Positions 25,301 through 37,634 of a stretch of DNA of 62,664 nucleotides are shown piece by piece. This stretch comes from Octopus bimaculoides (Eukaryota). The notes under the pieces were generated by a model. The model did no database searches. It saw only the letters and a program-made list of their open reading frames with translations, and was not told the origin of the DNA. Each line of letters starts with the position of its first letter. Within the stretch, counting starts at the first letter, position 1. The position numbers and the translations under genes were made by a program. The DNA lies in NCBI RefSeq assembly GCF_001194135.2, contig NC_068995.1, positions 22,553,308 through 22,615,971 on the forward strand. The letters run 5' to 3'.

Positions 25301-25600
25301 ATTACTCTTGTATACTTTTCTCCGTTTCATTTGATTCGCATACATTTGTCTTCCTGTGGTTAGTGTGGTGGTGGACTTGGAGGGCTCGAGTTGGAGAAGT
25401 TCCCTCTCAAGTGACCATCCAGCTTCGTATTCAGAGAAGAGTTTGTGCTAGTGGATGTCTTTTCGATCCCAGGCTGGCTCTCTCCTGGGAGACACGCTTC
25501 CAGATTAATCATAGGACAAGCGATTTGGTGTACTGTTTTAGTTTTCTTTTTTGTTTAATTAAACATATTTGCGATACATTAAGATTATTAGTATTATACT
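22350..25600 (-). mobile_element. R4/Dong LINE with both ends present, internally deleted and decayed
   Basis: N-terminal VIYAYYYALG-like motif at about 25310. RT GGIFQSDSLSPLIFC and HLFHMDNLKL in ORF 23450-23770. CRYCADEIETVNHLISGC and RHD in ORF 22365-22625. The 3' UTR motif CTAGGTGTCAGGAAGAC is followed by degenerate TAA, and the REL domain is deleted. Confidence 0.9.
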
Positions 25601-25899
25601 CTGTAGTGTGACAGATGTAGAGATGGTTGCTGTCTCTGCTACTAATGTCGATTCCGCCCTTAATAACCTTACAGTTACTTAAACCTTACTTTTAGAGCAT
25701 TACTCATCGTTACTTACCACCAATAGAGCCTTGATCTGTATTGTGGTGGCTAACATTTGTAACCATGGTGACAGTATAACCGTTATTTATTTGAATCTGC
25801 CAGCTTTGCTACTACTACTGTGTGGTATTATTAAATGTTGTTTAGTTTCGACTTTTGTCTTGTACTTGAGATAATCATAATTATGTGAGGGTTGAAGGG

Positions 25900-26540
25900 A
25901 ATAGTAGCAGGAAGCGAAGCAGCTTGGTGAAAAGACCAAATTCCACAGGTCTGTAAATAGGTTCGGCTGTGCGATCAGGAGACAAAAGCAGCCTCACCTC
26001 CTTGGGGACAGTAGACGTCAAATGTGTTTACTAATTCTAGCGATCAATGAGAGCATTGACCTTGGTCGAAAACAAATAAAGATTTTGTATCTATGAGCTT
26101 GAGACGTTCAAGATATGGAAACAAAAATGGCACACAACCAGAGAGGGTGCTCTGCCAAATGGTTAACTCTGAACAGGCAGACCTTTCTCCTAATATCACT
26201 ACCCAAGCGCAAAACAAGGCCAAAAGAAAATGGTGGACAGATGACGATAGTAGTTGGAACAAAGATAGCATCTCAAGACGGTTAAAATACCAGTGATATA
26301 GGACTTGAAATAATCAGTAAAAAAACTGCAAATAATTTGAAGTGCAAAAGATGGTATTAACTGGTAAGTTGCACACATTGAGAAGAGTGTTGTCGTTGTG
26401 AATTTTCTTTCGTTTTTTGCTTTCTATTTTCTTTGCTTACTTTCATATTTTATATTTTTACATTTTATGTATCTTCTATTTCTCTCTGACTTTCTTCCCC
26501 TTTTTCTATCGCATGACTTTGTAAATAAACAATCTCCTGT
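25900..26540 (+). mobile_element. Possible Tx1/L1 3' end relic
   Basis: Degenerate C-D-Q-G-D-E-T-like knuckle at about 25970, a pyrimidine-rich 3' UTR and AATAAA at about 26524. Weak by-eye match. Confidence 0.35.
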
Positions 26541-26769
26541 GATTATATTAATGACCAAGAAATGTATATAGTTCTAGTGAATGCAGATAATGGATAATGT
26601 GATTTTAGATGCATTATGTCAGGGCATGAGATAGAATCACTAGCAAAGCTTTGGGCCGTCAAGACTTGACGGGTCGTGAGATCTTCGACGTGGCTTGATT
26701 GCATGTGTAATGAAGTTTTTGATATTGAAGTATCCCATACCTCACCAGGTATCACGATAGCTGATTTCT

Positions 26770-26777
26770 GAGAGAGC

Positions 26778-26808
<31 letters not shown>

Positions 26809-26954
26809 TGTGTGAGAGAGGGAGATAGAGAGAGAGAGAGAGAGAAAGAGAGTGTGTGAGAGAGGGAGATAAAGAGAGAGATAGAGAGAGACAGAGAAAG
26901 AGAAAGAGAGTGTGTGAGAGAGGGAGATAAAAAGAGAGAGAGAGTGAGAGAGAG

Positions 26955-26990
<36 letters not shown>
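26770..26990. repeat. (GA)n microsatellite with a 28-bp higher-order unit
   Basis: GAAAGAGAGTGTGTGAGAGAGGGAGATA at 26800, 26844 and 26902. Confidence 0.9.
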
Positions 26991-26992
<2 letters not shown>

Positions 26993-27009
26993 CTAAGAAT
27001 CGGGCGTGG

Positions 27010-27085
27010 CTCTTTATCGACAGCGATAAGATGAAAGGCAAATTTTACTTTGGCGGTATATGAACTCAGACCGTAGAAAACTGGA
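27010..27085 (-). mobile_element. SINE family B fragment
   Basis: TTTATCGACAGCGATAAGATGAAAGGCAAA...TGAACTCAGA. Confidence 0.55.
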
Positions 27086-29774
27086 CCTAACTGCACAAGG
27101 CAATCCATTGGACCTTGTAACGACACGGCTAATTTGCTACCATAACATGGGATGAAAAAGTTAGTATGCTTCTGATCATAGATCTACTGGATGAGGCAAA
27201 CTTCCGGCTAAAGAACAACATAGATGTTAGATTTTACATTTTCTTTTATTTTTGTTTGTTTCTTTCACACCCCTTGAACTCTCTCACTCTCTTCTACAAC
27301 TTCTTAGTGCAGATTACGAACAATGCTTTTAAATGTTATGCAAGCATAATGAACAACGGAGAAACTTTAGAACTCAAGCTTTCTTGTCATCATTAATGGA
27401 TATGCAGTTAGGAAGGATGAATTGATTGAATTAGACGATGTGACAGTGCGTTCAACTGGTTTCGAATAAACAATAACGGAAAAAAAAAATTAATGAACCA
27501 TCTCATCGCTATGTTTATAACAGACATGAGAGGTAGGGAGGCATTTCAAATATTTGTAAACAATCATTAATGATAAAGTCTGAAGTATAGAAATCCCTGC
27601 AAGAGCAGCTCAGGTGTTGATACACAAATTTATTCAAACCAATATGGAGATTTGAAATATCATAAATAACTAGATCAAACTTCTACATGTGTTGAGAATC
27701 ACCATTTTTTTCTTTGACATGGCACCTGCCTACAGATATATAGAAAGATATATAGAAAAGGAGATTATATTGCATCATCTTGAGCATCTCGTAGTTTTAT
27801 CATATCAAAATAACTAGCTGAAACGTGAAGCCATTCAGCATATAAAAGGTTAATATCCACAAAGAATACCTTGTAAAGAATATTATTCAATTCTAGGGAG
27901 GACAAAGGAAAAGAAAAGCAGCTAGAAGAAAAGATGGACGGTAAAACATGACGGGACTGTGAAGAAAACATGCGAAGAAACCCAAGTTATGGCAGACAAC
28001 CGTGAAACGATCGTACACAATATGCAAAGATTACTCTTATAAGGTTTCCTGAAAATTTGAGGATTCGAACAAAAATGCTATTTAGTGATTTTATGGTTAT
28101 TGATAACTCCTAATAATTACAATCGAACAGGCCAAGGATTAAATTTATTTCAACCACGGAATGCTGTGTATGTTTTGACAGTTTATCCAAACTTAATTAA
28201 TCTCATATCCCAGTTTTCTTTTAATGACCGAAAATGATATGAAGCAGATGTGTTTTCTACGTGTTACAAGTCAAGTAACAATGAAGAGGCTCACTCGCTC
28301 AAGCTTCATAATTTCCCATCAGGGTCGTCATGGATATCATCGTATCCCTGCTATTTCTGTTGTTTCCTTGATGTTGTGAATAACATTTGATTTTATTGTA
28401 TACTAAATTTTATTGCATTTTTCATATAATTAATATAATTTCTTTGTATTGAAATGAAACGTCATTTCTCGTTAGCTCCACGTCACCCTTGACTGCACAG
28501 ACATATGAATAAACAGACAACAGATTTAACCAACTTGTTTTTTATATCTCTAGGACTACATGTTCCCTTCCTTTCTATGATAGTAGAATGTGTATTGAAG
28601 TAATTTCGGAACTATTTTTAGCATTTGGAACAGAAATTTAAAGGATAGCTTCATGACTTATCTTTCTCGGTTTGCTGTGGCTCAAAGCTTTGATAAAACG
28701 TATGAAATTAATGAGAAAAAGTAGTCGTATCACTGATAATATTATTTGTCTTGGCGTTAGGATGAGAGCAATAACTGACACTTTCCAACTGGAATTACCA
28801 ATATTTCCCTTTCAAAAATCGCACGAGAACTTTCTCTTAAAATACTTATATTGGGACAAAACTGTCACGAAATTTATGGCATATGTATATGCATATCTAT
28901 GTACGTGTGTATGTGTGTGTACACGAACCTATGTCTATATGTATGTGTATCGTTGTTAATATTTACTGGTGCAAGCTAGTGTTTTCACTTGTAACCTTTT
29001 TTTGTAAAACCAACGTAAGGATTAAAAAAATACAAGTATATATCATACATACAAGACTTTAAGTAAGGCATTGAGTTCTATACGATGCGATAAAACCTTT
29101 GAAGTCATTAGCACAGCAAATTCGCCAACCAGTGAGAGAAGCCAATAAAAAAAAAATAATCAAGAACAAGAACTGTATTTCTATTTCGAAATCCATAAAG
29201 GAAAACCAATGGCACACACGATTCAATTTAATGGGTAGTAATATGAAACCATTTATTAACGCAGTCTAAGATGGTACAGTTTACCAATAGGAATTATTAA
29301 ATTTTCCTGATCAAGTCATTAAATCTTTATCGTAGCATGATACATTAAAACATGCCATTATATTCACACTTGGAAGCCGATATTGCTAAACCTATTTACA
29401 CTGCTAATAGAATAACCTGAAAGTAACTGATACCATTTATAGTTTAGAGTAGCTTCACTGAAATCACCAAATTAAGTACTTCTCAAACTAACATTTAGTA
29501 CGGTGTCCATGGCCTTATGAAACAAATCACAAGCTTTTGTGAGCACGTCTATGCATGATAAAATTTACATTAATGCTGACTACTGGAATTCCTGTGAGTA
29601 GACTGCTATGCGAAAAAGAATATTTTCCAGAAAATTTGTGATATGTTGCAGACTTGGTGAAATACAGAACCTGACGTATCTGTTAAGGTTAAGCGCCACC
29701 AAAACATTGTTAATAAAAGGGACCATTCGATCGAAATACTTAAAAACCCTTTTAGTAGCTATGCAAGCACGTTC

Positions 29775-29823
<49 letters not shown>

Positions 29824-30041
29824 GGGAGAGAGAGAGAGAGAGAGATAGTTAGTAAGATTAACTACATAATATAAGTAATCTAACGCACGCATGTGTATAT
29901 ATGTGCGTAATTATAACTTTAGTCCACATTCGTGTACTTTTCTCCCAAAAGTTCGGATTCTAGCCGTTGTTATTGTGAATTATATAATTTTAACCTCCAT
30001 CCTGCCCTCCTATACCTATGCTCGCTGTTTGTAACTTAGTA

Positions 30042-30089
<48 letters not shown>

Positions 30090-30151
30090 CCGCTATCATT
30101 CTACCTCTACTTACACATACACACACATATACATATATAAATATACATATA

Positions 30152-30219
<68 letters not shown>

Positions 30220-30597
30220 CATGTGTTTGTGTGTGTGTGTAATTAGTTATAGTTTTCAGTAGAATCTAGGTAAATCAGCTTGTAGGGTGTCAAAATGGCT
30301 AGGTACAAAGTTTCACAGTGGTGTAAGCTGTTATTGAAGGTATCAAGTGCTGGCATGATATTGTAGATGTGTAACTACCAAATCCAATTTAAGCCATAGA
30401 TCCGACCTAGGTGTAGCTTAGATACAAAAAGAGAAGAGAAATGAGGTTCAGAAATGACGATAGCGGATTCGGTAGAATTTTATTGATGTATTCCTAGATT
30501 ACATCATATCATATATGATAACTCTTATCCAACAATGTTGTTTCGATTCGTCACGATCGATATACAATCGAATCATCTTTTGATACTTGTCTGAAAT

Positions 30598-30680
30598 TCT
30601 ACCTGAAGATGATGGGATACGTGTTACAATTTAATCTATGTATGCATCAATAAAATTCTACCGAAACAGCTGTTGCAAAT
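30598..30680 (+). ncRNA. Penelope-type hammerhead remnant with long stem II loop
   Basis: CTGAAGA (30603) - T - GATGGGA ... TTCTACC - GAAAC (30663) - AGCT - GTT. Stem III is the palindrome ACAGCTGT; stems I and II are imperfect. Confidence 0.5.
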
Positions 30681-30814
30681 TTTAATTGTCATTTGTATTC
30701 TCTTTATATTTATTTATATATGAATATGCGTATGTAAGTGTATATGTGTGTGTGTATGTTCGTGTGCGTGTGTATGTATGCGTGTATATATGATATATGG
30801 AGGTTACGATGCTG

Positions 30815-30905
30815 CGCTTAGATCTTGATTTCGATTCCTGGGCAGAACGATGTCCTTGAGCAAAGCATTTCATTTCACGTTGTCCCAGTTCACTCAGCAG
30901 AGAAA
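30815..30905 (+). mobile_element. Fragment of a third tRNA-SINE family
   Basis: B-box-like TTTCGATTCC followed by GTCCTTGAGCAAAGCATTTCATTTCACGTTG, a CORE/V-like domain. Confidence 0.5.
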
Positions 30906-31079
30906 AAGGAGAATTCCTGCGACAGATGCATCTATGTATCTATACATGTAATATGTATGAATGTATGTATATATATATATATATATATATGTATAAGAGA
31001 GAAACAATTGACACTGTTATATACAACTAGCCTTGATTAACTAAATTATACGCAAAACCTATTGACCGACCCGATAAAA

Positions 31080-31215
31080 TGGCAGAGAGCACTGGTGAAA
31101 TATGCCATCTAGTTATTAAATAAAGTTTCACAAGAATCGTTTACTTTCTGATTTGAAATCCCAGCCACGTCAACTGCTTTTTTGTCTTTCGATTTCAGAT
31201 GAAATAAAGCACCAA
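31080..31215 (+). mobile_element. SINE family B, old copy
   Basis: TGGCAGAG...TTTACTTTCTGATTTGAAATCCC...GTCAACTG...TTTCG...ATGAAATAAAGCACC aligns to the B consensus seen in the window. Confidence 0.55.
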
Positions 31216-33322
31216 CTATATACTGTATAGATTTTATATTCCCACAAATCATCAACAACACAAAATGTAACTGTAATTCCAGTTGTTTGCCTGTCTCCTT
31301 AGCTATTCAAAGCTACGCATATGAATTTTACTTTGTTTCAAAGGAAAATAAGATTTTATATTGATTACTGTATCTTCTCAGGAATCATTTTTAATATTAT
31401 TTGTTTCTAAACTATAATTTTTTTACCATTCTGATATAATTAAGGATACAGGGGCATTTGTTAATGTATAGAATTCAAATCTATAATCGTATAAAATTCT
31501 GAACACATTACGTAATGCACACTCAAATATCTTGATATAATTTATCTAATACACTTAGTACTACAATATCGTATATTATCATAATATTTAATGAAAATTT
31601 AGGTAGTCTGTAATATATATAATTGGTGTGATTTCTTATCACACGAATCCATTCGCCTCATGGAAAGCTTATTCGATTTACTGGACGTAATTAAATTAAA
31701 GAGATGACTTTCGAAGATTATTTTGTTAATATATGACTATGTACACATAGGCTCATACACATTCATATGAGCATATATGTTTGTATTTCTGTGAAAAAAA
31801 AAAGGTATTTCCCGTGAATATTATGACACAGTTTATTCGGTACATACATGTTAGAGTTATTCCAAAAGCAATTACGGTTGAAATATAACAAAGGCACACC
31901 GGAGAGGTATAGACATTTTTATTCTCATGTTATTTGTGATTATGATTTCTTGGAATGTAGAAAATATAATTACGATAGGACATATATTTAATAGTAATAA
32001 ATTGATGTCTATCATAGTATACTGCAAGATTTTGTAAGAGAACTATTTCAAGTGTTTGCATTTCCCCAGAAGCATTTCTTATAAGGAGCATGTGTTGCTA
32101 TTTATGTGCAGATCTTCCTCAAAGAATTATCAATAAAATGTGAGCAAGTAAATAACCAATACTAATTCTTAAAGGTCTCCCATTTCCATCGTAACTGTTT
32201 GACAATTTATTGTTCAGCAGTAAATGCGTCGTCATTACTGCGCATTATGTACGTTATGAATCTAATCGTAACAGACATTGAGACAGTAAACTGGGTGGTT
32301 CATTAACATCACAATTTTAGCAGCCTATTGATATTGATCTTTAGCAATTAATAGATTATCATTACTATTGCTATATTTTACCCTCATGTTAACTTTAACC
32401 TAAAGGACACACGTGTGCCGCAAAAACATTGCAGTTATGATAACTCCATTATATTTCTGTGTATACTGTATTATAGGTTACTTTGACCATTATGTCTACT
32501 TTTTTGAGACGCAGTATCTGGTAGCTATTTCAAGGTTGGACAAAGATCAGAGAATCTGGTATTTAAGATAATTATGTTTATTAGTGTATAGTCTTTCAGT
32601 AGTTCTAGTCCGAGAGCTGCAGCAATGCTGGGGTACTGCCGTTAAAATATGTAACTATTTTATACATGTAAGTATGTTACATGTTAGGAATGCAGAAAAA
32701 TAAAGAGAAAGGTGAACCAATTTAGATTCCCTTTCGTAGAATTAGGAAAAATGTCATTATAAATAAAGATTAATACTTCTTTATTTACATTCTTCTTGTT
32801 TATTCATATTTTTTGTATTACTATTGTATCAGGTAAGCATAGACGTAGAAATGTATTGTAGAATAAAAGAATAACTTTATAGAAATGAGCGCAAACAAAA
32901 CAAAAAGCAAGGGACTTGAAGGAAATCTAACTAGATCTTTATTAAATAGATGGAATCCAGCCTCTGCATTCACAATTCATACTCTAAGCCGTTTCCTTAC
33001 ATAAACAACTTACTATTTCTAACTATATAAATGCAAATTTTGCTTTTACAGTATGTATTTCAAGATCTATGCTTATATAGTATTATAGTTTTATTAAGGT
33101 CAATAACTAACATTAATAAAATGACTAAGAGGACAAAAACGAAAATAATAAACCACATGCATTTGACTTAGATACATGAGTATAATGTTTCCGAATGACG
33201 AATATCGATTGAATCGATATTTCTATTGTATTGATGTTTAATGAATCAAGTAGCAAAAATCTTACGTTAGTTGAATGCGAAGTGAGGAAGTAAATGGAGG
33301 CAACCAAATAAAAGAGAATATG

Positions 33323-33332
33323 TTAGCTACTA

Positions 33333-33381
<49 letters not shown>

Positions 33382-33480
33382 CACTACTACTGCTGCTGCT
33401 GCCACCGCTGATGCCACTACCGCTGGTGCTGCCTCTGTTGCTGTCGCTGCTGCTGATACCGCTGCTGCAGGTGCCGTTTG
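33323..33480. repeat. (ACT)n followed by GCT-rich low-complexity tract
   Basis: Directly visible. Confidence 0.9.
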
Positions 33481-34146
33481 TTATAATGCAAAGGTTTTCG
33501 ACCACTAAGGCTGAGCTCAACAGTCTTACTTAACTATTGCAAGTTGTTCTTCAGTTAGCACTATTACGATAATATCAATTAAGTTCATATCAGTTTCATG
33601 AAACTAAGGTAGTTGAGTTGACGATTGCATAACTGAGATAACATGTTACTATTGTGGTATATGCACTTAACGAGATAGCATAGAGAACAATATAAATAAC
33701 GAATTTATTTGAGCAATTCAGAAGGTTATGGGAGTACGTACAATAGAGAAGATATTAAACTAAATCTAGATGCTTCTTCAATGTCGACAGAAACTTTCAT
33801 AATTGACGTATTAAATGCAATGAATGGCAGCGTATCTCTGAGAGAGACCGAAAAACTATGGAGTTATAAACAGAAATACAGAAATCCATAAATATATAAA
33901 TTATATATGATTATTGAACATAGAAACAAATCACATAATAATAATTGTCTTGGGATAATACTCAGAATTATTGATGGAGACAATTGTATACCTAAGCCTC
34001 AGAGATTATACAAAATGACAATGCTTAACAAGTATGCACTCATTAAGACAAAAATACTAAAATCAACATTTCACTCAAATGTAGCTTGGAGCATTCAGTT
34101 CTCTATATGACTACAGAGGTTTAGTGCAAATAATAATAATAACAAT

Positions 34147-34345
34147 CCTTCCTACTATAGGCACAAAACCTGGGTTTTCTTGAGAGGGGACCAGTCAAAA
34201 CACCGATCCCAGTACGCAAATGGTACTTAATTTATCGACCCCGAAAGGATTCGACCTCGGCGGAATTTGAATTCAGAAGGTAGCGGCAGGCGAAATACCA
34301 CTTAAACATTTCGCCCGGCGTGCTAACGATTCTGCTAGCTGACCG
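34147..34345 (-). mobile_element. SINE family B
   Basis: GGTACTTAATTTATCGACCCCGAAAGGAT...CGACCTCGGCGGAATTTGAATTCAGAA...GCTAACGATTCTGCTAGCT. Confidence 0.85.
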
Positions 34346-34369
34346 TTATTATTATTATTACTACTATTA

Positions 34370-34373
34370 AGTA

Positions 34374-34445
<72 letters not shown>

Positions 34446-34491
34446 TTTGCTGAGTGTCTTCCCGTCACCTTCGGCAAAATGATAGTAGTAA

Positions 34492-34549
<58 letters not shown>

Positions 34550-34550
34550 T
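34370..34550. repeat. (TAA)n and (TAG)n tracts
   Basis: Directly visible. Confidence 0.95.
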
Positions 34551-34559
34551 GGGTAACGT

Positions 34560-34885
34560 TATTATTCCACCCTTGTGCACAACTCACGTCCTAACATTGT
34601 TGGCGACGTGTTATTCGAACCCTTGCTGGACAGTTTGTTGTTTCAACATGGAAGAATTACTAGCTTCGGTAACTGAATTACATAAACAGCAACAACAAGA
34701 GCAGTTGTTGTAATTTCAGAAGCAACAGTTAGTACAACTACTACTCAACAAAAGAGAAAATATATTTCTTTCTTTCACTCGCAAACTCCATCGGTGAGTT
34801 CGCATATAACCCAGATGAGGTTGTTACCGTTCCTGCTTTCTTTAGAAAGTATGAGGAAACTTTTAAAGAAGTATGCTTCGCCTGA
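34560..34885 (+). mobile_element. Ty3/Gypsy 5' fragment: LTR end, PBS-like site, gag start
   Basis: ...CCTAACA (34596), then TGGCGACG (34601), then ATG 34648 MEELLASVTELHKQQQQEQLL and later EFAYNPDEVVTVPAFFRKYEETF, a Gypsy gag-like F-x-Y-x-P-E/D...F-x-R/K-Y-E pattern. Confidence 0.55.
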
Positions 34886-34888
34886 CAA

Positions 34889-35162
34889 GGAAATCCCAAA
34901 ATGGCTGAAGTTCAAAAGATAGTGCTCATGGGAACTGCCCATATCCTACGTAAAATACTGTCTATGTGATCTCAAATTTTAAAGCAAACACATAATTTTC
35001 TTATGGTTTCTTAAACATTCATTTGAACAAAACTGTACAAATCGAAATATATGGTACCCTAGGCATAACACCTACATGAACTTCTAACTTGTTGTCTCTT
35101 GAGGTCTCTGGGTGAGACTTGGATCCAACTTGTACAACTGCAAAACAAAAGTCAAACATAAA

Positions 35163-35163
<1 letters not shown>
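34889..35163 (+). mobile_element. R4/Dong 3' terminal fragment with (TAA)n tail
   Basis: GNPKMAEVQKIVLMGTAHILRKILSM* plus a 3' UTR near-identical to 16260-16535. Confidence 0.92.
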
Positions 35164-35240
<77 letters not shown>

Positions 35241-35602
35241 GTCCTGATGCAATACCAGGCAGTAGTTGTCGTGGCTCATGATATTCATGTGTTGAGATAG
35301 AATCTTTGGTGTTTGAATAATTGACATTTGGAAACATGGGTGTTTCGTTCATCATCCGTAAACAACCCTCATACAAGGAAATTTTGAGCTATAAGCTACT
35401 CGACCTGAAGGAAACTCTAATTGGTCCCCACCAGCAAGATCATGATCTGTTTATTTTAATATAATATCACCATGTCACGCTCATATTGGTGTGATGCATT
35501 CGCTCGATGTACCTTTATCAGACAGAATGTCATGGTAAGTGTATTGGGCTTCGTATATTTGTACCCAGGGTCAATTTGACGGCGTGTGATGCTCTCTCAC
35601 TC
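35241..35602 (+). mobile_element. Non-coding TAA-associated element, copy 2 (both ends, internal deletion)
   Basis: (TAA)n-AT|GTCCTGATGCAATACCAGGCAGT ... GCTCTCTCACTC|(AAT)n. Confidence 0.85.
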
Positions 35603-35671
<69 letters not shown>

Positions 35672-35678
35672 TATAAAT

Positions 35679-35965
35679 GCCAGGATGCAGTACCAAGCAG
35701 TGGCTCTCATGGCTTCTCATCTTAACTGATTGGAAATGTTATCATGCACATTGTTTGTCTTGGTATAAAAGATATGCTACAGCAAATATTCTGCTTAATA
35801 CCACAGATTTGCTTGTCAGTTGTTTGACCATAACCAGTTGAGCATGTCCCTTGGTAGCTGACGATATGTGCATCTCTGATCATGAGCAGAAGTAGTGGGG
35901 GAGCATCATAGCCATGTGTTGAGAGGAATTCTTTGGAGTTTCAATAATTCACCTTTGGAATCATG
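35679..35965 (+). mobile_element. Non-coding TAA-associated element, copy 3 (left half)
   Basis: (TAA)n-AT|GCCAGGATGCAGTACCAAGCAGT. 35912-35965 matches 35287-35339. Confidence 0.85.
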
Positions 35966-37042
35966 TTTAGCAGCTGTTTCTTGTTTGTGGACGATATGGC
36001 CAATGATTTCTCCAACGTTTCCAAGTATGCTACACATTTTCTACGTGCGTATTTTCCCGATGTTGTCCTTCCTTAAATTCCAAGACTCTTTTCTCTGATT
36101 TTCTTCGTAATCGAATATTTCACGTTTCTGCAGGTCGAGAATAGTTTGTTCCAGTCAAATATACATTGTAAATGAACAATTTAGTTCATTTCATTGGCCA
36201 CTGTATAAGACCGATATTATATTTTATCGAGGTCCAATTGGTGAAATGCAACATTGACATCCATAACAACTAGAATCAGAAAATAAACTTAAACTGTTAC
36301 TAGAAAATATTTCGTCCGATATTGGCTTGAATCTACTAAGAAACCTACTTCTGACTGTTTGCGGATGAAAGTATATATAGTCGCTTTAATAAGCAACGGT
36401 ACTTAATAACCATTGTTATCTTTTTTTACACTGGAACAAATAAAGGCAGGATGAACTATTGCGTGATCTCAACCTAGAAACTAAAATAATGCAACTTAAT
36501 AACAAAAGGAAATTTGGCCGCCACTCTGTCACAGATATAACCACAATGAGTTTAGTTTCATCACAATTACGATACAGCTTCCATTGCTACTAGGTTTGTT
36601 TATATTCGTGCATTGTTATAGCAAATATCAACTGACAGGATATGCAGTATTAGCTCAAAAGTATATCGTAATCTCTTCAATGAAGCAATATAGTTTAATG
36701 AGCATCTATATTTATAATATGCTACGAGGTGATTCCGGATCTTCGTAAACTAACTATATTGTTTACTTTAAGACGGATTATCTGGTTTTAACATCTAAGA
36801 ATTGTCATAATCTCCTCCTTAAAGGATAATACTTTTCAACATTGGATATTTAATTGGATACCGAGAGAAATATTTTGTATTTTCATGGATGGGAGTGACA
36901 CAGTTTACCGCATATAATAAAAGACATCAGTTAACATATTAATGAATAGAGCTGACTACATCTATTTAATAGAGATTATACAAGTATGTATTTATTCCGT
37001 AGCCTTCCTTAGCTTTTCTGACTATTTCAAACTCATATTCCT

Positions 37043-37583
37043 AGGTGTGGCTGTGTGATAAGAAGCTTGATTCCGAACAACATTGCTCTGGCTTCACTCC
37101 CACTGTGTGGCACCTTGGGCAAGTGCCTTCTGCTATAGCCTCGGGCCGAACAAAGCTTTGTGAGTGTATTTGGTAGACGGAAACTGAAAGAAGCCCATCA
37201 TATATATATATATATATGGGAAGGTACCCTACAAGAATAGGTGCAAGCGCTAATATTTATAAAACATGTGACATATTAATAAAAATCTGTTAACGTACAA
37301 CTAACCATTATCTGAGTAACTATTTATTTTTTCTAATATATATATATGTGTATATGTTTGTGTCTGTGTTTGTGTCTGTGTTTGTGTCTGTGTTTGTTAC
37401 CCCGACTATCGTTTGATATTGGTGTGTTTACGTCCCCGTAACCTAGCGGTTCGGCAAATCAGACCGGTAAGATAAGTTCTAGGCTTACAAAGAATAAGTC
37501 TTGGGGTCGATTTATTCGACTAAAGGCGCTGCTTCAGCTTGGCTGCAGTCGAAATACTGAAACACGTAAAAGAATAAAAGAAT
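37043..37583 (+). mobile_element. SINE family A, full length, with an insertion of about 120 bp in its internal TA tract
   Basis: Head AGGTGTGGCTGTGTGATAAGAAGCTT. Unrelated sequence at about 37218-37338 lies between two (TA)n runs, followed by the family tail. Confidence 0.85.
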
Positions 37584-37585
37584 AT

Positions 37586-37634
<49 letters not shown>

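Noticed and set aside
27897-27940. Possible 44-nt exon (AG...GT, EDKGKEKQLEEKMD)
   Set aside because: Weak pyrimidine tract, no partner exons, and purine-rich low complexity.
29380-29760. Very old LINE RT on the minus strand (HKAMDTV)
   Set aside because: Only one degenerate motif, too weak to annotate.
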